Assembly: GCA_000934665.2 (NCBI GenBank)
Contig: KZ538721.1
Span: forward strand, 1 to 51,569
Reading direction: 5' to 3'
Source: Catajapyx aquilonaris
Lineage: Eukaryota
Length of the DNA stretch: 51,569 nt
The notes beneath the pieces are model-generated. The model saw only the letters and a list, made by a program, of their open reading frames with translations. It did not search any database and had not been told where the DNA came from. Position numbers and translations under genes: made by a program. This document shows, piece after piece, positions 48,877-51,569 of the stretch (position 1 is its first letter; each line of letters opens with the position of its first letter).

Positions 48877-49802
48877 CTAAACTCCAAGACATATATGCAG
48901 ATGAGGACAGAAACATCTGATGCAAATTATCTGTCAAAATTCATTGCACACCCTTCTCTAGGAGACCGTACACTATATTGGAGGATGGAGGATGGAGGAT
49001 AAGGTTCTATAGGTGTGGACTATACAGACAATATACTGCATTAGCTGTGACATGGACTATAGACAGGTAAAGGTTATTGAATATTGACGCTTCATTTTAC
49101 ACAAGCATCACTAAAAACATAAGGTCAAGGTGCATACTTTCTCTTTGCATCCATATATGCTCAACCGTTGAGGCCCATGGAGGTTTCATAGAGATATAAC
49201 AAACTACATTTACATACGCAGCAGCCTGGAAAAGTCATATTGGGACAAGATATCAGTTTTGTCGTTTGAGACAATATATTTGACTACAAAAAGAAGTCTG
49301 TCACTTTCAACTACTAAAAGCAGAATTTCTCTAACCTCGAGCCGTCATAGATCCCCCCCCCGTACAGTTTAAAATCTTCTTCACGTTATGGTACTTCCAA
49401 AAATGGCAAAAGTGGTCGACACATAAATGGATAACACAAGTGCAGCACCTAACAAGCTCCCCCATCATCATGCTCCAGAGGCGACAGTGACTGTATAGTG
49501 ATAGGAGGCCCTTTGTGGGGATTGTCCTAGAAATCCTATACAGTAGGCCTACCCCATACTTCGAACGTTCCCGAGTTCGAACGCTTAATTCGAGAGAAAT
49601 TCGATCTGGAGTTCGAGCTATGCTTCTAAGTTCGAACTGGAGCTGCATGAACCATTGTGCCAAACACTTACTTAAGAGGACTCAGAAATAAAGAGGTTGT
49701 TGATCAGAAAAGAGCTGGCCATCACTATGGTGTGGTGACACGCCAAGTGCCACGTGACGACATGCCAAGAGAAGAGGTGGTAAATCACCTTTAGCAGATA
49801 TA

Positions 49803-50345
49803 CAGGGTGTTCCCGAATTCGTCTGCCAAAATGATATCGGTGGTAAGGGATGCATATTATGTAAGTAGCATGGCATGGATCCGTAAAGCCGGCGACGACG
49901 TCGACGTCGACGATGTCTATCTTGTCAAGTATGGATACCCCCGTACTAGCGGGTTCAAATACTTTTGGCCCCTTTATCCTGGTCTTGAAGCAACCCTTCG
50001 CACAGACCCCACGTTAAGGAGGTGTGTGTGAAGGGTTGCTTCAAGACCAGGATAAAGTGGCCAAAAGTATTTGAACCCGATAGTATACATGCCTGCATTG
50101 CTGGTTTGCCGGAGTCAGGCTGGTTGAGCAATAGTCTGGTAGTGCGAGCGCCTGACTCCGGCAACCAGGGATACAGGCAAGTACGGCGGTATCCACACTC
50201 TTGTCAGTATAGACATCGTCAACGACAAATGTCGACATCTCCTAGACAGCGTCGATGACCTCTCGGGCCCATGCCGCATGCATTTACCACACCCACCCCC
50301 TACCACACCCATATCATTTTGGCGGACGAATTCGGGAACACCCTG
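49803..50345. mobile_element. Tc1/mariner-type MITE with nested Harbinger-like MITE (49950-50079)
   Basis: TA|CAGGGTGTTCCCGAATTCGTC...GACGAATTCGGGAACACCCTG|TA; internal 130-bp palindrome related to 47710-47870. Confidence 0.85.
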
Positions 50346-50357
50346 TACAGACACTCG

Positions 50358-50485
50358 ACTTCTTGTTGAGGAAGTGGGACGCCTGCAGGCGTCCCACTTC
50401 CTCAACAAGAAGTTGCTGGCATGTGACCTGCCAGCAAGACTACTTCCATGGAAGTAGTCATGCTGGCAGGTCACATGCCAGCAAC
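50358..50485. repeat. Two abutting spacer-less palindromes (56 bp perfect; 74 bp with one mismatch)
   Basis: 50358-50413 centred on CTGCAG; 50412-50485 centred on CCATGG. Confidence 0.95.
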
Positions 50486-51569
50486 AATCAATAAGGGGAT
50501 TTGTACCCTGCAGCATAGCCTGATGTATATTACTTCATGAAGGTGGGAAAGACCTGGCATGGACTTTGCGGTATATATTCCCTGGACCATAAATAATAGA
50601 GAGCTTACAAAATGCAGTATGCGGAGGTACCCGGATGGAGATACCAATGAGAACTTGAACAACTGGAAAGTAGACTATGACAATAGACAAAAGAGCTATG
50701 ATGCAACATCCTGCAGTCATCTCATCGAGGAAAGTATGCACAGTAAAGGCAATGATCAGATCCAGGGCACAATAATAGACAATCTCCTTCAATACATATT
50801 TATTGATGACCATTTATTACAAAGTAAAGCTGCAGCCTACATTTTTGCGGGCATCGAAACCTATCCGAGTTCTTCAGAGAGAGTTGGGTACGTCCACGTA
50901 GGTGCCTGGAGGAGAGGGAAGGACATGATGGTTAGCCTCTCCCTCCATCCAGACTTTCATCTCGTCCTGGCCCTCCTCTTGGATGCAAAATAATATATCA
51001 TAAACAGGCAAAAATAACTTCTCGCATTCAATGCCGACAACGGGTCATCAAGATGGTCTTTGAGGAGTGCGTATAAACAACATCACTCTTCCTCTCATCA
51101 TTTCGCTTTTTAATTCAGAAGTTATCTACGAGGAAGGGGAAGGGGATCTGCAGTGGGCTTGACAAGAAATGTCATCCATTGCCAATCATTATAGTCAGAG
51201 TCATACTGGAGTCTCTCGAATGCCGACAGTACACAATCTTTTGCACCATCCTATATGACTTGCTTCGTTTTTCGTGTATTAAAAATTCATAAATTTAACA
51301 GCCTTGAGCAGTCTTGAGCTGTCCAAGTATTTTGGACGCAGTCTGTACTGTACGCAGGGTAGTGTACTATCACGGTCAAAAAGATTGTCGGACTGTTATG
51401 GAATCGTCCGCGACTTTTTCTCCCGCCAATCAGTGTGCCAGGTGCAGGTGATTTGGGCGAGTGCCATCGACAGCTTTCCTCCCGCGACCTCATGACACGT
51501 GCTCGAATTTTCATCGGTGGGGGGGAGGGGGGGGGGGTGCTGATTAGGCGAGTTGGGGACGATGGGGGG

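Overview
Eukaryotic, most likely insect or other arthropod, genomic window with GT-AG introns and TE-rich introns; one N-gap at 7531-7740. It carries four host genes. (1) A 10-exon mitochondrial translation initiation factor 2 (minus, 2912-8204). (2) Head-to-head with it, a single-ORF MpaB/rubber-oxygenase-like (DUF2236) gene (plus, 8996-10042). (3) A multi-exon sirtuin 2 (plus, core 24626-38040, probable first coding exon at 12872). (4) An unrecognised coiled-coil gene with tandemly duplicated exons (minus, ~41736-47085). The probable first SIRT2 intron holds a decayed Helitron/Helentron-type Rep-Pif1 helicase whose C-terminus is a USP (peptidase C19) deubiquitinase domain with an intact Cys/His/Asp motif set; this is the most unusual feature. 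The rest is a dense mix of tRNA-derived SINEs (apparently with swapped 3' tails), a LINE fragment, mariner remnants, and hAT-, Tc1/pogo-, Kolobok-, piggyBac- and Harbinger-like MITEs. There is also a multi-insertion hotspot and two abutting spacer-less palindromes. All calls come from manual reading; no searches were run.
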